NCBI GenBank assembly: GCA_963783385.1
Contig: CAWANJ010000003.1
Location: 1 to 64,000, forward strand
DNA: 64,000 bases
Source: an uncultured Gemmatimonadales bacterium
GTDB lineage: Bacteria; Gemmatimonadota; Gemmatimonadetes; Palauibacterales; Palauibacteraceae
Direction of reading: 5' to 3'
Position numbers and translations under genes: made by a program. A model generated the notes under the pieces. The model made no database searches, was not told where the DNA came from, and saw only the letters and a list, made by a program, of their open reading frames with translations. Numbering within the stretch: the first letter of the stretch is position 1; each line of letters starts with the position of its first letter. This document shows, piece by piece, positions 33,322-45,472 of the stretch.

Positions 33322-33431
33322 GATGATCTCCTCGGGCTGGAGTGAGACAGTAGGGTCCCGATTCCTGCGTTCGGGGCCGACGCGTGGACGGGTCTCGAGC
33401 GCTCGACCAGAGAGTTTTGCGTGGATCGCGC

Positions 33432-34207
33432 TCAGCCGCTGGCGCGACCCTCGTCCAGGGGGAACTGCGGTTCGTGCTTCCGGCCTCTTTGGAACCAGGA
33501 GAACAGACCCACGCGGTTCCGATACCGCCGGTAGGCGTCGCCGTGCTCGCGGACCAGGTCCCGCTCCTCGAGCTGGATCGCCAGCAGCATCCACCCGGTC
33601 GTCAACACGGCGAAAAGCAGGTGTCCGGCGCTGATTTCGGGGGTGGCCCAGAAGGCGAGAATGAACCCCAGGTAGAGGGGGTGGCGAACGTAGCGATACA
33701 GGAGCGGCGTCTGAAACCGCGGCGACTCGCGTTCCCGGCCCCGAAGAAATGGGACCACACCTGCCGCAACCCGAACAGGTGAAAGTGGTCAATGAGGAAA
33801 GTCGACAGGAGGACCGTCAGCCAGCCGACCGCGGGGATGGCGAACAGGAACGCCGAGAATCGTGGATCGACGACGCGCCATACGGTCGCCGGAAGCGGCT
33901 TCCAGCCCCCACATGACCGCGGCGAGGAGCAGCGTCGCCACCAGCACGTAGGTGCTCCGTTCCACGTGCCACGGGACGAGCTTCGTCCAGCGGCGCTTGA
34001 AGCCGCGGCGCGCCATGCCACTGTGCTGTAGCGCGAACAGGCCGAGCAGGGCCAGGTCCGCCCCGGCGGCCCCGGAAGCGGCGAGAGCCCGGCGTCCAGG
34101 GTCTTGGGCACGACCACGTTCCAGACGAAGCCGATGGCGTACAGGAACACGCCCAGGAAGAGGACGTAGGCCAGCACGCCGTAGATGAAGGCGAACGTTT
34201 TGCGCAT
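33432..34207 (-). CDS. mddA: Methanethiol S-methyltransferase MddA-like (ICMT family); frameshifted
   Basis: YGVLAY...FLYAIGF, FALQHSGMAR, VERSTYVL, STFLIDHF.LFGLRQV, LYRYVRHPLYLGFILAFWATP, GHLLFA, QLEERDL. Confidence 0.8.
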
Positions 34208-34281
34208 GGGAGCCCTCCGGCAGTTGAAGCCTCGAAGTCGCCGGTAAGGTCTCGATCGGGGACGGCGTCGGCATGAGTCGC

Positions 34282-34331
34282 GGGTCCCACGTTACGGGAC
34301 CCGGGGACGCCGACCGTGGGACCGGGGTCCC
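34282..34331. promoter_or_regulatory. Two GGGACC/GGTCCC inverted repeats upstream of mddA, candidate regulator sites
   Basis: GGGTCCC-N7-GGGACCC at 34282-34302 and GGGACC-gg-GGTCCC at 34318-34331, between the LuxR-type gene and mddA. Confidence 0.4.
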
Positions 34332-34334
34332 GGA

Positions 34335-35450
34335 TCAGGCCTCGTGCGCCCGTCCTGGCGGACCGGCGGAGCGCCCCAGACCGGCTTCCCTGGCAAGGAT
34401 GACGGCCCTGGTACGGGTGTCGACGCCCAGCTTGGAGAAGATCCGGGTTACGTGGTTCTTCACCGTCTTCGTCTTAATGCCGAGGCCCTGCGCGATCTGG
34501 GGATTCGTCCACCCCGCTGCGACCAGGTCCAGGACTTCCGACTCCCGGGGCGTCCAGGTTCTCGAAGGGCGGAGCATCGAGGGTCGCGTCCATCCCGTCC
34601 ACTCCCAGGAAGGACTGCACCTCTTCCAGGAATCGCTGCCAGGCCGGCTCGTCCTCGAGCAGCACGTGGTTCGCGCTGTCCAGCGCCACGAATCGGGCGT
34701 CCCCGAGGGCGGCAGCCAGGTCGCGCCCGGCCTCGAACGGAATCACTTCGTCGCGGCGGCTACGAGAACGAGAACGGGCAGCGGATCTGCTGACGGGGGT
34801 GCACGTCGATGTCGCCGCACGACTCCTCCAGCCGAACCGCGATGTGGGGCGACGTGGTCCGCCGCTGGAAGCGTCCAAACCATTGGACCTGCTCCAACGA
34901 GCCGCCCGGAATGACATCGAGGTGAACACCTGGCGGAAGGCAGGGTTCGCCCGACCCCACCCGTCCGCCATGAGCCTCATGAGCGCTTCTTCGCGACGCC
35001 GGAAGTCGGCCGTGCCGCGGTGCTTCCAGCCGACCATGTAGCTGCCGTACAGCACCAGGCGCGTGACCCCTCCGGGTGGCGCGCGGCGTACGCGAGGGCG
35101 ACCGGTCCACCCTGCGACATGCCGAACAGCGTGAATCGCTCCAGGTCGGCAGCCTCCACGACGGCCTCGAGATCCTCCACCCACGTCCCGAACGAGAGGT
35201 CCTCGACCTCGCGGTCGGAGAGTCCGCAGCCTCGCTCGTCGTAGCGCAACAGGGGTGATGGCGCGACAGTCCGTCGAGCCAGTGCCTCCATACCGGGGCT
35301 CTGTCCATCGAACTCGAGGTGGGTCAGCCAGTTCGCCGTCTTCACCAGGGGAGGCCCGGACCCGGAGAGGGCGTAGGCAATGAGGGTCCCGTCGCGTGAA
35401 CGGGCGAAACGGGTGGACGATCTCACAGGAACGTGGGTCTCGGGACGGGC
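34335..35450 (-). CDS. Alpha/beta hydrolase-fold sensor fused to a LuxR-type HTH regulator (several frameshifts; start approximate)
   Basis: DGTLIAY, GPPLVKTANWLTHLEFD, RYDERGCGLSD, FGMSQGG, NHVLLEDEPAW; then TPRESEVLDLVAAGWTNPQIA...KTVKNHVTRIFSKL. Confidence 0.85.
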
Positions 35451-35654
35451 GCCGGCCGCGGCGTCGTCGTGGCCCGCCGATCGATGGAGCGGAGCGGGTT
35501 TCCGAATCTGCGGGATCCGGTCATGGGGTGAAGCTGGGCCCGGGGCTGTGTCCGGGTCAACCGCTGAATCCTGCCGGCCCTGACCTGGATCCCCCGCAAA
35601 GGTCCATCGCACGACGGCTGGCGGGCTGAGGGGCCGACTGGTGGTCGGTTCTCC

Positions 35655-37036
35655 TCACCTTGCCGGAGCGATGTTCTGGTTCAGGTGGAACAGGTTGTCG
35701 GGGTCCCATTCGGCCTTGACCCGGGCCAGGCGGTCGTAGGTCGCGCCGTAGTTCTCCCGGACCCGTGCCTGGTCCTCGACGTCCATGAAGTTGGTGTAGC
35801 CGCCCTCCAGGCCGGAATACGGGTGGATGGCGTCGTAGTAGTCCCGGACCCAGCTCCGGTAGGCGTCGGTGTCGGCGGGGTCCTGCCAGAAGCCGACAAT
35901 GTTGACCGCGAACTCGGCGTCCCTGACCCGAACGCCGTCTCCTCGGGCCCCACGTCCCGCACGGCCCCGCCGAGCGGATAAATGTGCGCGGCCGAGTGGA
36001 CGTTGGGCACCAGGGCGCCGTGCTCGAGGTGCGCGGGGATGGCGTCGTCGGCCACGTCGAGCGCGAAGTCCGACTTCCAGTAGGAGTACATTCCGGGAGG
36101 CAACAGCGCGTCGAAGGCGCCCTGGAGGGCCGGGTACGGCATGGGGCCGACGTGCTGCCCGATCACCGGACCCGCGGTCTGCAGGGGCTCGAGCACCGCC
36201 TCCGCCTGATCCGGGTCGCCGCTCCAGCAGGTGACCAGCAGGCACACGTTGTCGCCGTGGCGCTCCTCCGGGATGAAGGGGAGGGGCGGCGCCCGGTGGA
36301 AGCCGAAGAACGCGCCCAGCTCCCGGGGGGCCTCGCGCAGGTAGTCGCGCCAGGTGCGCAGGACGTCCGCGGCGGCGTCGAGCTCGAACACGATCGGCCC
36401 GCCCACAATGTCCTTCACGGGATGGAGCCGGAACTCGAAGGAGGTCACCACCCCGAAATTGCCGCCGCCTCCCCGCAGCGCCCAGAACAGCTCCGGGTTC
36501 TCGTCCCGGCTGGCCGTCACACGGCGCCCATCCGCCGTGATGACGTCCGCCGACACGAGGGAGTCGCAGGTGAGGCCGAAGCTCCGGTTCAGGTAGCCGA
36601 TGCCGCCGCCCAGGGTGAGTCCGCCCACGCCCGTCGTGGACACGAAGCCCGCCGGGACGGCCAGGCCGTAGGCGTGGGTGGCGTGGTCGAGCTCCCCGAG
36701 CTTGGCGCCGCCGCCCACGCGGGCCGTCCGGGCCTGCGGGTCGACCCGGACGTTCCGTATGGCCCGGAGGTCCAGGACCACGCCGCCGTCGCAGGTCCCG
36801 TAGCCGGGGGCGCTGTGGCTGCCTCCGCGCACCGCCAGCTCCAGGTCGGCCTCGCGGGCGAAGTTCACGGTCGCCATGACGTCGGCCTCGTCCAGGGCCT
36901 GGACGATGACGCGCGGGTGCCGGTCGTGCATGGCGTTGTACACGGCGCGTGCCTGGTCGTAGCCGTCGTCCTCGGCGGTGATGACCGGGCCGCGGACCCG
37001 CTGGCGGAGATCTTCCGGGGTGGATGCAGCTGACAT
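35655..37036 (-). CDS. FAD-binding oxidoreductase with BBE domain (frameshift near 35925)
   Basis: AVRGGSHS, VGGLTLGGGIG, LFWALRGGGGNFGVVT; C-terminal YTNF...NYG...KAEWDPDNLFHLNQNI. Confidence 0.9.
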
Positions 37037-37321
37037 GGTGTTACCACTCCTGCCTGTGCCGGGATTGGTCAACGGCGGGGACGTCCGGCTACCTCACCCG
37101 CCGGGGAATCCGCAGGTGGTGCGGCGAGTCGGGGACTCTCAGAGCGGCAGCGGTGGACACTGGGAGAGACCGGGCCAGGGCCGCAATCGCATATTCATGC
37201 TACGGGCCGCCACGCGCCGCCGCCGGAGGGAGCACATCCGCTCGCGGGTCCGGGGCTACGACTCAATCTCATCCCGACCCCTCGAATGAGGAAGGCCCGG
37301 GGGTGCCCGGAGGACGCGCTC

Positions 37322-37678
37322 TCAGGCTCGCCGCACCGCCGCCGCGCCGCCGAGACCGCCTGCCACGGCCGACGCCAGGGTGCCGAACAGGACGATCATC
37401 GACGGGACGTCCCCCAGGCCGACGGATAGGGCAATGCCTACGAGAGCGCACCCCCCACCCGCCACGAGCCCGCCCAGGAAGCCGATCCCGCGGCCCGGCC
37501 CCCTCGTCAGGCTGCGGGCGAACACCACGCCCGCCACCAGGGAGATGAGGGTGCCGAGGAGGCCGAAGCGCGCCGCCACGGCCGGCACGTAGTGGCCCGT
37601 TACGACCATGGCCACCTGCAGCAAGCTGCCCAGAAGCGCGATCCACAACGAGCGTCGGAGCCACACAGCTCGATCCAT
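37322..37678 (-). CDS. Small hypothetical membrane protein (about 4 TM)
   Basis: 118-aa Gly/Ala-rich hydrophobic ORF with GGAGG ahead of the ATG. Confidence 0.6.
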   Translation of the reverse strand: MDRAVWLRRSLWIALLGSLLQVAMVVTGHYVPAVAARFGLLGTLISLVAGVVFARSLTRGPGRGIGFLGGLVAGGGCALVGIALSVGLGDVPSMIVLFGTLASAVAGGLGGAAAVRRA

Positions 37679-37730
37679 GGGGGCCTCCAGCGAGTTGGGG
37701 ATGAGTCGTGAAGCCGCGGCCGCTGTCGGC

Positions 37731-38399
37731 CTATCGGTGCGCCGGAACGACCAGGATCTTCCGGGCCGCAGGTAGGCCCAGGGCGACCACGTCCCCCTCG
37801 GATCCGCGCACCCGCAACGCTCCGGCCGCGGACTCCCGTTCCAGCACCGTCAGGGTGGCGCCGGGGGTGAGGCCATGCCGGTCGGCGAATCGCAAGAATT
37901 CGGGCGTCTGGTCGATGACGCGAGCGACGTGGACCGGCTCGCCCAGCGCGCACTCGTCGAGCCCGGTTCCGGGAGGTTCGTGGACGTGACCCTTGTGGCT
38001 GGGGATCGGGTCCCCGTGGGGGTCGACTTCCGGGTGGCCCAGGACCGCGTCGATGCGCTCGAGAACCTGGTCGGAGATCGAGTGCTCCAACGTGTCGGCC
38101 TCTTCGTGCACCACGGACCAATCCAGTCCGAGCATCTCGACCAGGAACAGCTCCACCAGCCAATGGCGTCGCAACACGTGCACGGCCAGCTGCTCCCCTT
38201 GCTCGGTGAGCCTGGCACCTTTGCGGGGCTCGTACTCCACGAGACCCGAATCGGCCAGGGCTTTCATCATCGAGGTGGCCGTGCCCGGAACGACCCCCAT
38301 GGCCGTGGCGAGCTGGCCGGTGGGCATGGGCGCGCCGTCGCTCTCGCCGTGCGCCAGATAGAGCTGCTTCAGGTAGTCCTCGACGGTGCTGGTCGGCAT
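37731..38399 (-). CDS. mntR: DtxR/MntR family metal-dependent regulator with FeoA-like tail
   Basis: STVEDYLKQLY, PGTATSMMK, LRRHWLVELFL, HEEADTLEH, DPHGDPIP; divergent from the Nramp gene. Confidence 0.85.
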   Translation of the reverse strand: MPTSTVEDYLKQLYLAHGESDGAPMPTGQLATAMGVVPGTATSMMKALADSGLVEYEPRKGARLTEQGEQLAVHVLRRHWLVELFLVEMLGLDWSVVHEEADTLEHSISDQVLERIDAVLGHPEVDPHGDPIPSHKGHVHEPPGTGLDECALGEPVHVARVIDQTPEFLRFADRHGLTPGATLTVLERESAAGALRVRGSEGDVVALGLPAARKILVVPAHR

Positions 38400-38632
38400 C
38401 TCCCCCTCTCCGGCCGATTCGTGCTCCCGAATCGTATCCGTCGCCCGCGAGCTTGACAATCCTTCGACGAGCCGCGAGAGTCGAGTGCGATCCATATTCG
38501 TTGTCTAGTTGGACCACTCAAAGAGCGGGGGCATGACCTGACCGTGCGTACCGTCGCGACTGTGTCTGCTGCCCTGGCTGCCGAGCCAGGGCCAGCCCGG
38601 AGAGATGTCCCGGTGCCACGGACACGGACGCC

Positions 38633-40000
38633 GTGAGCAAGGAGCGCGTCTCCCTGGAGGGGATGCACCACACGGTCCCGGTACCCGAACGGTCCGCCGG
38701 CTTCTGGAGGAACTGGCGGGCCTACGTGGGCCCGGCGATGCTGGTGAGCGTCGGGTACATGGACCCCGGCAACTGGGGAACGGACCTGGCCGCCGGGGCC
38801 GAGTATAGGTACGCCCTCCTCTGGGTGGTGCTGCTCGCGAGCCTCATGGCCATCGTGCTGCAGGTGCTGTCGGCGCGCCTGGGCGTCGCCACGGGAAAGG
38901 ACCTGGCCAGGGCGTGCCGCGACTGGTATCCGGCGTGGACGCGCTGGCCCAACTGGATCTTGTGCGAGCTGGCGATCGCGGCCACGGATCTCGCGGAGGT
39001 CCTCGGCAGCGCTGTGGCGCTGAATCTCCTCTTTCACATCCCGCTCTTCTGGGCCGTTTGCATCACGGCGGCCGACGTGCTGCTGCTCCTCGCCCTGCAG
39101 CGCTTCGGGGTGAGGACTGTCGAGGCGGTGGTCGTGGTCCTGATCGCGACGATCGCGGTGTGCTACTTCATCGAGATCTTCGTCCTGCCGCAGACGACGC
39201 CCAGCTTCCGGGAGATGGGCGAGGCGATCCTGACGCCCGGTCTTCGGCAGGCCGGCATGGCCTTCATCGCGATCGGGATCATCGGCGCCACGGTGATGCC
39301 CCACAACCTGTACCTCCATTCGGCCCTGGTGCAGAGCCGCAAGATCCCGGCGGAGCCCGAGGGCGTGAAGACGGCCATCCGGTACAACACGATCGACTCG
39401 ACCGTGGCCCTTTCCCTGGCTTTTCTGGTGAACGCGGCGATCCTCGTGCTGGCGGCCCAGGTCTTCTTCGGGCGGCAATCCGTGGCCGTCGCCGGTGGAT
39501 CCGTCGTGCACTTCGGGCCCGACGCGGACTGGATCCAGGTGGCCTTCCTCACGCTGGCGCCACTCCTCGGAACGGCGGCGGCCAGCATCCTGTTCGCGGT
39601 CGCGCTACTGGCCAGCGGTCAGAGCAGCACGATCACGGGCACCCTGGCCGGTCAGGTGGTCATGGAGGGCTTCATGCGCTGGCGCATCTCGCCATGGGTT
39701 CGGCGGCTCAGCACGCGCTTGCTGGCCATCATTCCGGCCGTTGTCATCATCGGCACCCGGGGATCGGGAAGCGTCAACGACCTCCTGATCCTGAGCCAGG
39801 TCGTGCTCTCGCTGCAGCTGCCCTTCGCAATGTTCCCGCTGCTCCAGTTCACGAGCTCGAAGAAGCGGATGGGACGGTGGCGCAGCGGCTGGTTCCTCCT
39901 GGCCACGGGCTGGACCAGCGCGCTGCTCATCACCGCGATGGACATCTACGGGCTGCCCGAGTCGCTCCGCGCGGTGTGGCACATCGTGGCGGGCGGGTGA
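38633..40000 (+). CDS. mntH: Nramp family divalent metal (Mn2+) transporter
   Basis: VGYMDPGNWGTD, GATVMPHNLYLHS, GQSSTITGTLAGQVVMEGF, SQVVLSLQLPF. Confidence 0.95.
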   Translation: MSKERVSLEGMHHTVPVPERSAGFWRNWRAYVGPAMLVSVGYMDPGNWGTDLAAGAEYRYALLWVVLLASLMAIVLQVLSARLGVATGKDLARACRDWYPAWTRWPNWILCELAIAATDLAEVLGSAVALNLLFHIPLFWAVCITAADVLLLLALQRFGVRTVEAVVVVLIATIAVCYFIEIFVLPQTTPSFREMGEAILTPGLRQAGMAFIAIGIIGATVMPHNLYLHSALVQSRKIPAEPEGVKTAIRYNTIDSTVALSLAFLVNAAILVLAAQVFFGRQSVAVAGGSVVHFGPDADWIQVAFLTLAPLLGTAAASILFAVALLASGQSSTITGTLAGQVVMEGFMRWRISPWVRRLSTRLLAIIPAVVIIGTRGSGSVNDLLILSQVVLSLQLPFAMFPLLQFTSSKKRMGRWRSGWFLLATGWTSALLITAMDIYGLPESLRAVWHIVAGG

Positions 40001-40142
40001 GCGCGGGCGGCGCCAGCGGAAGCGAGGGCGAGAGCATCGCGAACGGAAGCTGGGTCAGAGTGGTTCGCGTCAACCGACGTCCCCGCGGGGACGTGCCCGC
40101 GGGGACCTCCACCTTCGGGCGGCTCGCGCCGGCCCCTTCGCC

Positions 40143-43100
40143 TCAGTTTCCTCCGGCCCGGCTCTCCAGCGCCTTCCAGCGCGCCATGACCTGGCCGAAC
40201 TGCGTCCGGGCCGAATCGCAGGCGGCCACCTCCGCCGCCGTGGCGGGCGTCTCCGCGCGCTGCATGGCCATGGCGGCGCGGAGCAGCGCGGTGCTGGTCC
40301 CGTCCAGCGTGGGCGGGCCCGCGGGTCCGCGCCGGAAGAAGAAGCGGCGCCCGTCCTGCTGAGGCGCGGGGGCCAGCGCCTCGAGCTCCTTGGCCAGGGA
40401 CGCTGCTCCCGACCCGCTTCGCCCCTTCACGCTCGCCAGGAGCTTCCTGGCGTCCTGGTAGGCGGCGTGCGCGGCGACCGCGTCGTCGTACATCTCCCGT
40501 GAGAGCCTCGCGACCTGCTCGAGCTCGGCCGGCGACGTCTTCACCCTGGGATCGAGCCGCAGGGTCAGCGGCTGGGTGTACGTGTGCCCGTCCACTGTGA
40601 GGCGCACCGTGTACTGCCCGGGCGGCGCCCAGGGCGTGTTGACCGTCGGATAGGTGTGGTGGGGGACGGCGCCCTGGCCCGATGCCTCGCGCGGCTCCGG
40701 GCCGATCGGCTGGAGGTGGAGGTCCCAGGAGAAGCGGTGCATGCCCTTCCTCGTGGACAGCACCCTCTGGGGCGCCGGCCAGTACAACGGCACGTTGCAG
40801 TTCGGCGCCGTCGGGTCCTTCTGGCAGATCTCGTCGTAGGCCTCGGTATGCAGCGCCGGGTCGGGGGAGATCACCGGGTCGTCGCTCGAGTAGGAGCGGA
40901 TGACGTCTCCGGCGGCGTCCAGGACCTCCAGCTTCACCGGTCCCGTGGCGTCCTTCGGCAGCCAGTAGTCAATGAGGCCGCCCGGGGGCGGGTTCTGTCC
41001 GGCGGGCAGCTCCGGCGGCCACTCCGTCGGATCGTTCATCCCGAACCGGACGCGGACCGCCGTCTCGGGACGGAACAGGTAGGCGTCGACCGCGGTCCGC
41101 GCCTCCGCCATCTGCCGCAGCGGCGTGACGTCGTCCAGGACCCAGAAACCGCGCCCGTGTGTGCCGGCCACCAGGTCCGAGCACAGGCAGGTCGAGTCGT
41201 CCTTGACCTGGATGTCGCGCACGGAGACGGCGGGCATGTTCTGGCGGAGCGAGTGCCAGCGGTCCCCGTCGTCAAAGGACACCCACACCTGGGTCTCCGT
41301 GGCGGCGTAGAGGAGTCCCTTCTCCCGGGGGTCCTCCCGGATCGAGTTGGCCACGGCGCCCGGCGCCAGGCCGCCGTCGATCTCCGTCCAGGTCTTGCCG
41401 CCGTCGTGCGTGCGCCAGAAGTGCGGGTTCATGTCATCGATCCGCATCGTGTTGGCGGCCGCGTAGGCGGTCAGCGTGTCGAAGTGGCCCGCCTCGATGT
41501 TGAAGATGCGGGTCCACGGGTCCGGATGGCCGGCGGGGTGACGTTCTTCCAGTGCGCGCCCGCCGTCCATGGTGACCTGGATGGCCCCGTCGTCGGTACC
41601 GGCCCATAGCACGTTCACGTCCAGCGAAGAGGGCGACAGCGCGGTGATCGTCCCCTGCGGCCCCGGCTTTACGCTCGCTGCGTATTTGCCTGCGGTGGCG
41701 GGTACCTTCCACGTCTTCCGGGCCAGATCGGGGCTGATCCTCGTCCACGAGTGTCCGCGGTCGGTCGTCTTCCACACCACGTTGGAGGTGTAGAACAGGA
41801 GATCCGGGTCGACCGGCGACCACTGCAGCGGCATGGTGCGCACGTCGCGGTTGTAGGGTCCGCCGCGCGGACCCATGTCCGGGCCGACATCCGTGGTCTG
41901 CCCGGTCCGCCGGTCGTATAGCGAGACGGTGGTGCGGGAGCTCCCGTACACCATGTCGGGGTCGCGGGGGTCGGGGGCGGCGATCCCGTACTCCTGGATG
42001 TTGACCGGGTGCCAGTCGTGGAAGGTGATCTCGCCGTCGTTCCCGCGGCTCTTGACACACGCCGAGCCCGAGTCCTGCTGGCCGCCGCACAACCGGTAGG
42101 GGAAGGCGTCGTCCGCGGTCACGTGGTACATGGCCGCCGTGGGCTGGTTGTACCAGTTGCTCCAGGACTCGCCACGGTTGGTGGAGACCACCGCGCCCTG
42201 GTCCGAGACCGCGAGGATCGTGTTCCGGTCGTGCGGGTCGATCCAGATCTTCTGGTAGTCGTCCCCGCCGTATGCGCCCCGCACGGCCGACCAGTGGACG
42301 CCGCTGTCCTCGGTGCGCCACATGACCACGCTGGCGCTGTACACCACGTTCGGGTCGGTGGGGTCGACGGCCAGGGTCGGGAGGTCTCCGCCTCCGATGC
42401 GTCGGAGCGGACGCGTGTCCACGTGAGACGTGGCCGGGCCCACCGGCCCCTCGGGCACGTCCACGGCGGTCCAGTGCTCGCCCGCGTCGGTGGACTTGTA
42501 GAGTCCCACGATCCCGGTCGTGCTCTCGGTCCCGCCGCGCGCCGCCTGGGCCGCGGGCGTGCCCGCCCGGGGCTCGCCGGCCACCACGGCGTACAGGACC
42601 TTCGGGTCGCCGGGCGCCACCGCCAGGTTGGCCTCGATCACCTTCGGGAGGCCGTTGGTGAGCGCGTGCCAGGTCGTGCCACCGTCGGTGGACTTGAAGA
42701 CGCGCTCGCCGGCTCCTGCGAACGCATAGCTCTCCCGGAAGCTCTCCTGCTGCTGCCACAGGGCGGCGTACACGATCTGCGGGTTCGATGGGTCGAGCAT
42801 CACGTCGTTGCCGCTCGTGTACTCGTCCCGGTACAGCACCTTCTGGAAGGTCTTCCCGCCGTCGGTGGAGCGGAAGATCCCGCGCTGCTCGTTGGGACCG
42901 TACGGGTGTCCGAGCACGGCCACGAACAGCCGGTCGGGGTTGGTGGGGTCGACCACGATGTCCGCGATCATCTGGCTGTCGCGGAGCCCCAGGTGCGTCC
43001 AGGTCTTCCCGGCGTCGGTCGACTTGTAGACCCCGTCTCCCGTGGACAGGTCGGGGCGGATGATGCCCGGCCCCCGTGCCCACGTAGATGATTCTCGGGT

Positions 43101-43566
43101 TCGAGGGCGCCACCGCGATGGCCCCGATCGCGCTCACCGGCTCATGATCGAACAGCGGCACCCAGTTGGAGCCGTAGTCCGTGGAGCGCCACACCCCGCC
43201 GTTGTCGTAGCCGACGTAGAAGATGTCCGGATGGCCCGGCACCCCGTCCAGGGCGCGTGTCCGCCCGGCCCGCGTCGGCCCGATCTCCCGCCACTGCATG
43301 TCGGCGTAGAGGGCCGTATCCGGGTCCGCGGATCGCGCGGCCGCCTGCGCGGCGGCCGGCCGGGCGGTGGCCGCGAGCGCCGACAGGGTCGTCAGCGCGA
43401 GCACGGTGGCCAGGGCCAGGGCGGCCGGAAGGGTGCGGAACGTACGGCACGCGGCGCGAGTCTCCCGCGAGGTCGCGGGAGTCGAGCCGGCGGGGACGGG
43501 TCGAACGGAACGCTTGCGCACGGAAGACGCCTCCTGGCGTACCGGCCGCTCGGGCCGGTGATTCAC
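40143..43566 (-). CDS. Secreted VPS10/BNR (Asp-box) repeat glycosyl-hydrolase-like protein (frameshifted)
   Basis: Signal peptide; [11 protein letters not shown], repeated S.D.G..W Asp-boxes, [35 protein letters not shown]. Confidence 0.85.
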
Positions 43567-43798
43567 GAGATCGGAACGGTGCAGTGTGGGGACTCGGAGC
43601 GTCGGGGGAAAGACGTGGTGCCACGACCGTAGACGATTCGGACCTTCAACTACGGTCGTGGTCCATTACCCGGCGGTCGGTAGCGTCAACCGACGAAACT
43701 CCGACGCGATCGATCCGTTGTGCAGGAGACGGCACCCGCGTGGGCGGGAAGGACGGAGTCTTCAGCGGACCGGGACGAGGATGCGAGACGATACCAGG

Positions 43799-45353
43799 AT
43801 GGGACGATGCCCTCTTCGACGGCGGATCGCCGGCCGACCCCGGCAGGCCGGATGCCGACTTGGGGCGACGGCGGGAGCGGTAGCCGTGCTCGCAGGGCTG
43901 GCGCTCACGGCCTGCGAGGGCGGTCGGACCGCGGCGCATAGCGGCGGACCGGGCCAGCGAAACGCGGTACCCGACTCCGCGGCCCGCCGGCTCGTGCGCC
44001 GGGCGGTGGACGCGATGGGTGGCGAAGGCATCCTACGCGGCCTTCGGTACCTGCGATTGCGCGGGCGTCGAGGTCACCGCCATGGTCGGCGTCTCGCCGG
44101 ACTCGGAGCCCCCGCGCCTCCTGCACGCCTCGTTCGACGAGCTCCGCGATGTGCGGTCCGCGCGGGCCCTCCGCCACGCGGAATTTCGCATGGTGATGCG
44201 GGCCGACCCGATCCCGGTGACGCAGGTCATCGACACGGCGACGAGCGCCTTCGAGGCGGCCGAGAGCGTGGCGTACGCACCCGAGCGCCTTCTCCTACAG
44301 GCGCTGGACGCTCCCGATCTGGCGATGGCGCGCGACACGGCCCTGCCCGGTGGAGCGGTGCGTGTCGTGCGCTTCGGGACGCCGTCCGTTCGCATCTACC
44401 TGGACCCGGTCTCGGGCCTTCCCCGGGGCTGGAGCACCGTGCGCACGTATCCGCGCGACCTGAACGTGTGGGCCCCGTGGGGCGACGTGCGCTCCCGCAC
44501 CCTGTTCGGCTCGTGGGCGCTGGAGCCGACCGGCTTCCGATACCCGCGTACGATCACGGTAATGCGGAACGGCACCCCCTACCGGCGGATCTCGCTGCTC
44601 AGCGTGCATGAGGTCCAGGCGTCGCCCGACTCGTTCCCGACGACGCCTGGCTCCGGGCCGCCCGGGCCGGTGCGCCTCGGAAACGGCCGGGGCTCCGGGC
44701 CCGTCGAGCTGGCTCCGGGCGTGGTGCTGGTGCCGGGAGCCTACAACGTGGAACTGGTCCGCCAGGAGGATGGCGTGGTCGTCCTGGAGGCGCCCCACTC
44801 CGGCGCCTACAGCCGGCGCGTGCTCGAGGCGATAGCTCGCCGTTGGCCCGGCCTGCCGGTGAAGGCGCTCGTCTCGACCACCAATGCGTGGCCGCACGAC
44901 GCCGGGGTGCGGGAGTACGTGGCTCGCGGGGTCCCGATCTACGCTCCTCCCAGGGGCGCGGCGCTGGTGCGCCGCCTGGCGTCGGCACCGTACCGTCTGG
45001 AACCCGACTCCCTGCAGCGAGCCCCCCGGTCGCCGGACCTGCGCGTGGTCCATGACACCGCGGTGGTCGGGAGCGGGGCGAACCGGCTGATCCTGGCGGC
45101 CGTCGTAGACCCGAGCGGCGAGGGAGGACGCCTCCTGGTCGCGTACCTCCCGGGACGCCGGCTCCTGTACGCCGGCGACCTGCTCATCCCCCGGCGGTTC
45201 GAGCCCGAATTCTGGCTCGGAGCTTGGACGGCTCTGCTCGACGGCGTGCGACGCCACGACTGGGCGGTGGACACGGTGACGGCGCTCCACGATCCGCCCG
45301 TGGCGCTGTCGAGCGTGCGCGAGGCGGTGGCCGCGTCGGACGCCAAGGGCTGA
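43799..45353 (+). CDS. Lipoprotein with C-terminal metallo-beta-lactamase-fold domain (frameshift near 44060; start approximate)
   Basis: Lipobox LALTAC, AVDAMGG; VELAPGV, VVLEAP, STTNAWPHDAGVREYVARG (degenerate HxHxDH), AYLP...LLYAGDL. Confidence 0.65.
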
Positions 45354-45472
45354 GCGTGAGCCCCCGACGAAGTCGCCCGGGGTCGCGGGCCACCCGGTGC
45401 TATCCAGCCCCCGGAAGGGCTCGTAGCTTGGAGCCGGAAGCCATCCTCCACTCGAGTCGAGAGAGTCCTCAC

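Noticed and set aside
37135-37175. CTCTCAG and GGAGAGAC words reminiscent of a glycine riboswitch
   Set aside because: The CCGAAG core and supporting stems are missing, and there is no downstream gene on that strand.
38400-38632. MntR operator in the mntR/mntH divergent gap
   Set aside because: A TTGACA and an AT-richer patch are visible, but I could not identify a convincing palindrome.
40077-40106. CCCCGC...GGGGA resembling a type I-E CRISPR repeat
   Set aside because: No regularly spaced repeat-spacer units and no cas genes in the window.
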